Assembly: GCA_965214405.1 (NCBI GenBank)
Contig: OZ243956.1
Span: 3,328,001-3,392,000 of the forward strand
Length of the DNA stretch: 64,000 bases
Direction: 5' to 3'
Origin: Trueperaceae bacterium
Lineage (GTDB): Bacteria; Deinococcota; Deinococci; Deinococcales; Trueperaceae
Numbering within the stretch: the stretch's first letter is position 1; every line of letters starts with the position of its first letter. The translations under genes and the position numbers were made by a program. The notes below the pieces were generated by a model. The model searched no databases and was not told where the DNA came from. It worked only from the letters and a program-made list of their open reading frames with translations. Positions 63,509 through 64,000 of the stretch are shown one piece after another.

Positions 63509-64000
63509 CCCTTGAGCCCGCTCATGGAGACGCCCTCGACGAAGTAGCGCTGGAACACGGCAAAAAGGATGATCACGGGCACCATCGAGAAAAAGGCGCT
63601 GGCGAGGATGAGCCCCCAGTCCCCCGCGGGGCCGTAGGCGGCGCGGAAGGAAAGGAGACCCACGGGCAGCGTGAGGTTTTCGCGCGAGGACATGACCACC
63701 AAGGGCCAAAAGAAGTCGTTCCAGGCCCCTTGGAAGGTCAGGATGGTGAGCGCGCCCAGCGCGGGACCCGCCATCGGCAGCACCACCCGGAAAAACGTCC
63801 CAAAGGTGCCCGCCCCGTCGATGCGGGCAGCCTCCTCGATCTCACGCGGGACGGATTCGAAAAACTGCTTCATGATGAAAACCGCGCTCGCCGCCACGAG
63901 CGCGGTGGCCCCCGAGCCGCCGATGACGAGTCCGGGGAGCGTGTCGAGCAGCGTGGGCAGGCCGAACAGCCCGGACAGGCCGAACACGCCGTCACGCAGC
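63505..64000 (-). CDS. Carbohydrate ABC permease, C-terminal part (runs off the window end)
   Basis: FIMKQFFES.PREIEEAA.IDG, WNDFFWP. Close paralogue of 46046-47476. Confidence 0.9.
   Translation of the reverse strand, partial: LRDGVFGLSGLFGLPTLLDTLPGLVIGGSGATALVAASAVFIMKQFFESVPREIEEAARIDGAGTFGTFFRVVLPMAGPALGALTILTFQGAWNDFFWPLVVMSSRENLTLPVGLLSFRAAYGPAGDWGLILASAFFSMVPVIILFAVFQRYFVEGVSMSGLKG

Overview
GC-rich bacterial chromosome segment, most likely Deinococcota (Truepera/Thermus-like). This is inferred from an Nqo15 homologue, a DdrH-like protein, a short Thermus-type EF-Ts and pervasive leaderless-type promoters. Core genes: rpsB-tsf-pyrH-frr-cdsA, mgsA, ppk1, ctaA-ctaB-SURF1, acnA, 2-oxoacid:ferredoxin oxidoreductase alpha/beta, rsmI, mfd, nqo15, mtnN, a yybP-ykoY riboswitch with terC, two LacI/sugar-ABC loci, and an AddAB-like helicase-nuclease pair. 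Accessory DNA: five type II toxin-antitoxin loci (two broken by frameshifts), an orphan lasso-type RRE plus B2 protease pair beside a frameshifted iodotyrosine-deiodinase-like gene, a 127-bp MITE with a 6-bp target duplication, and cassettes bounded by direct repeats. Two window-wide sequence signals are not explained by the genes. First, the palindrome CTCGAG (often GGGCTCGAGCCC) is about 8-fold over-represented and is built into terminator hairpins and cassette junctions. Second, tandem duplications with a 12-bp period recur. No rRNA, tRNA or CRISPR array was seen. All family calls come from recognising motifs by eye, not from database searches.
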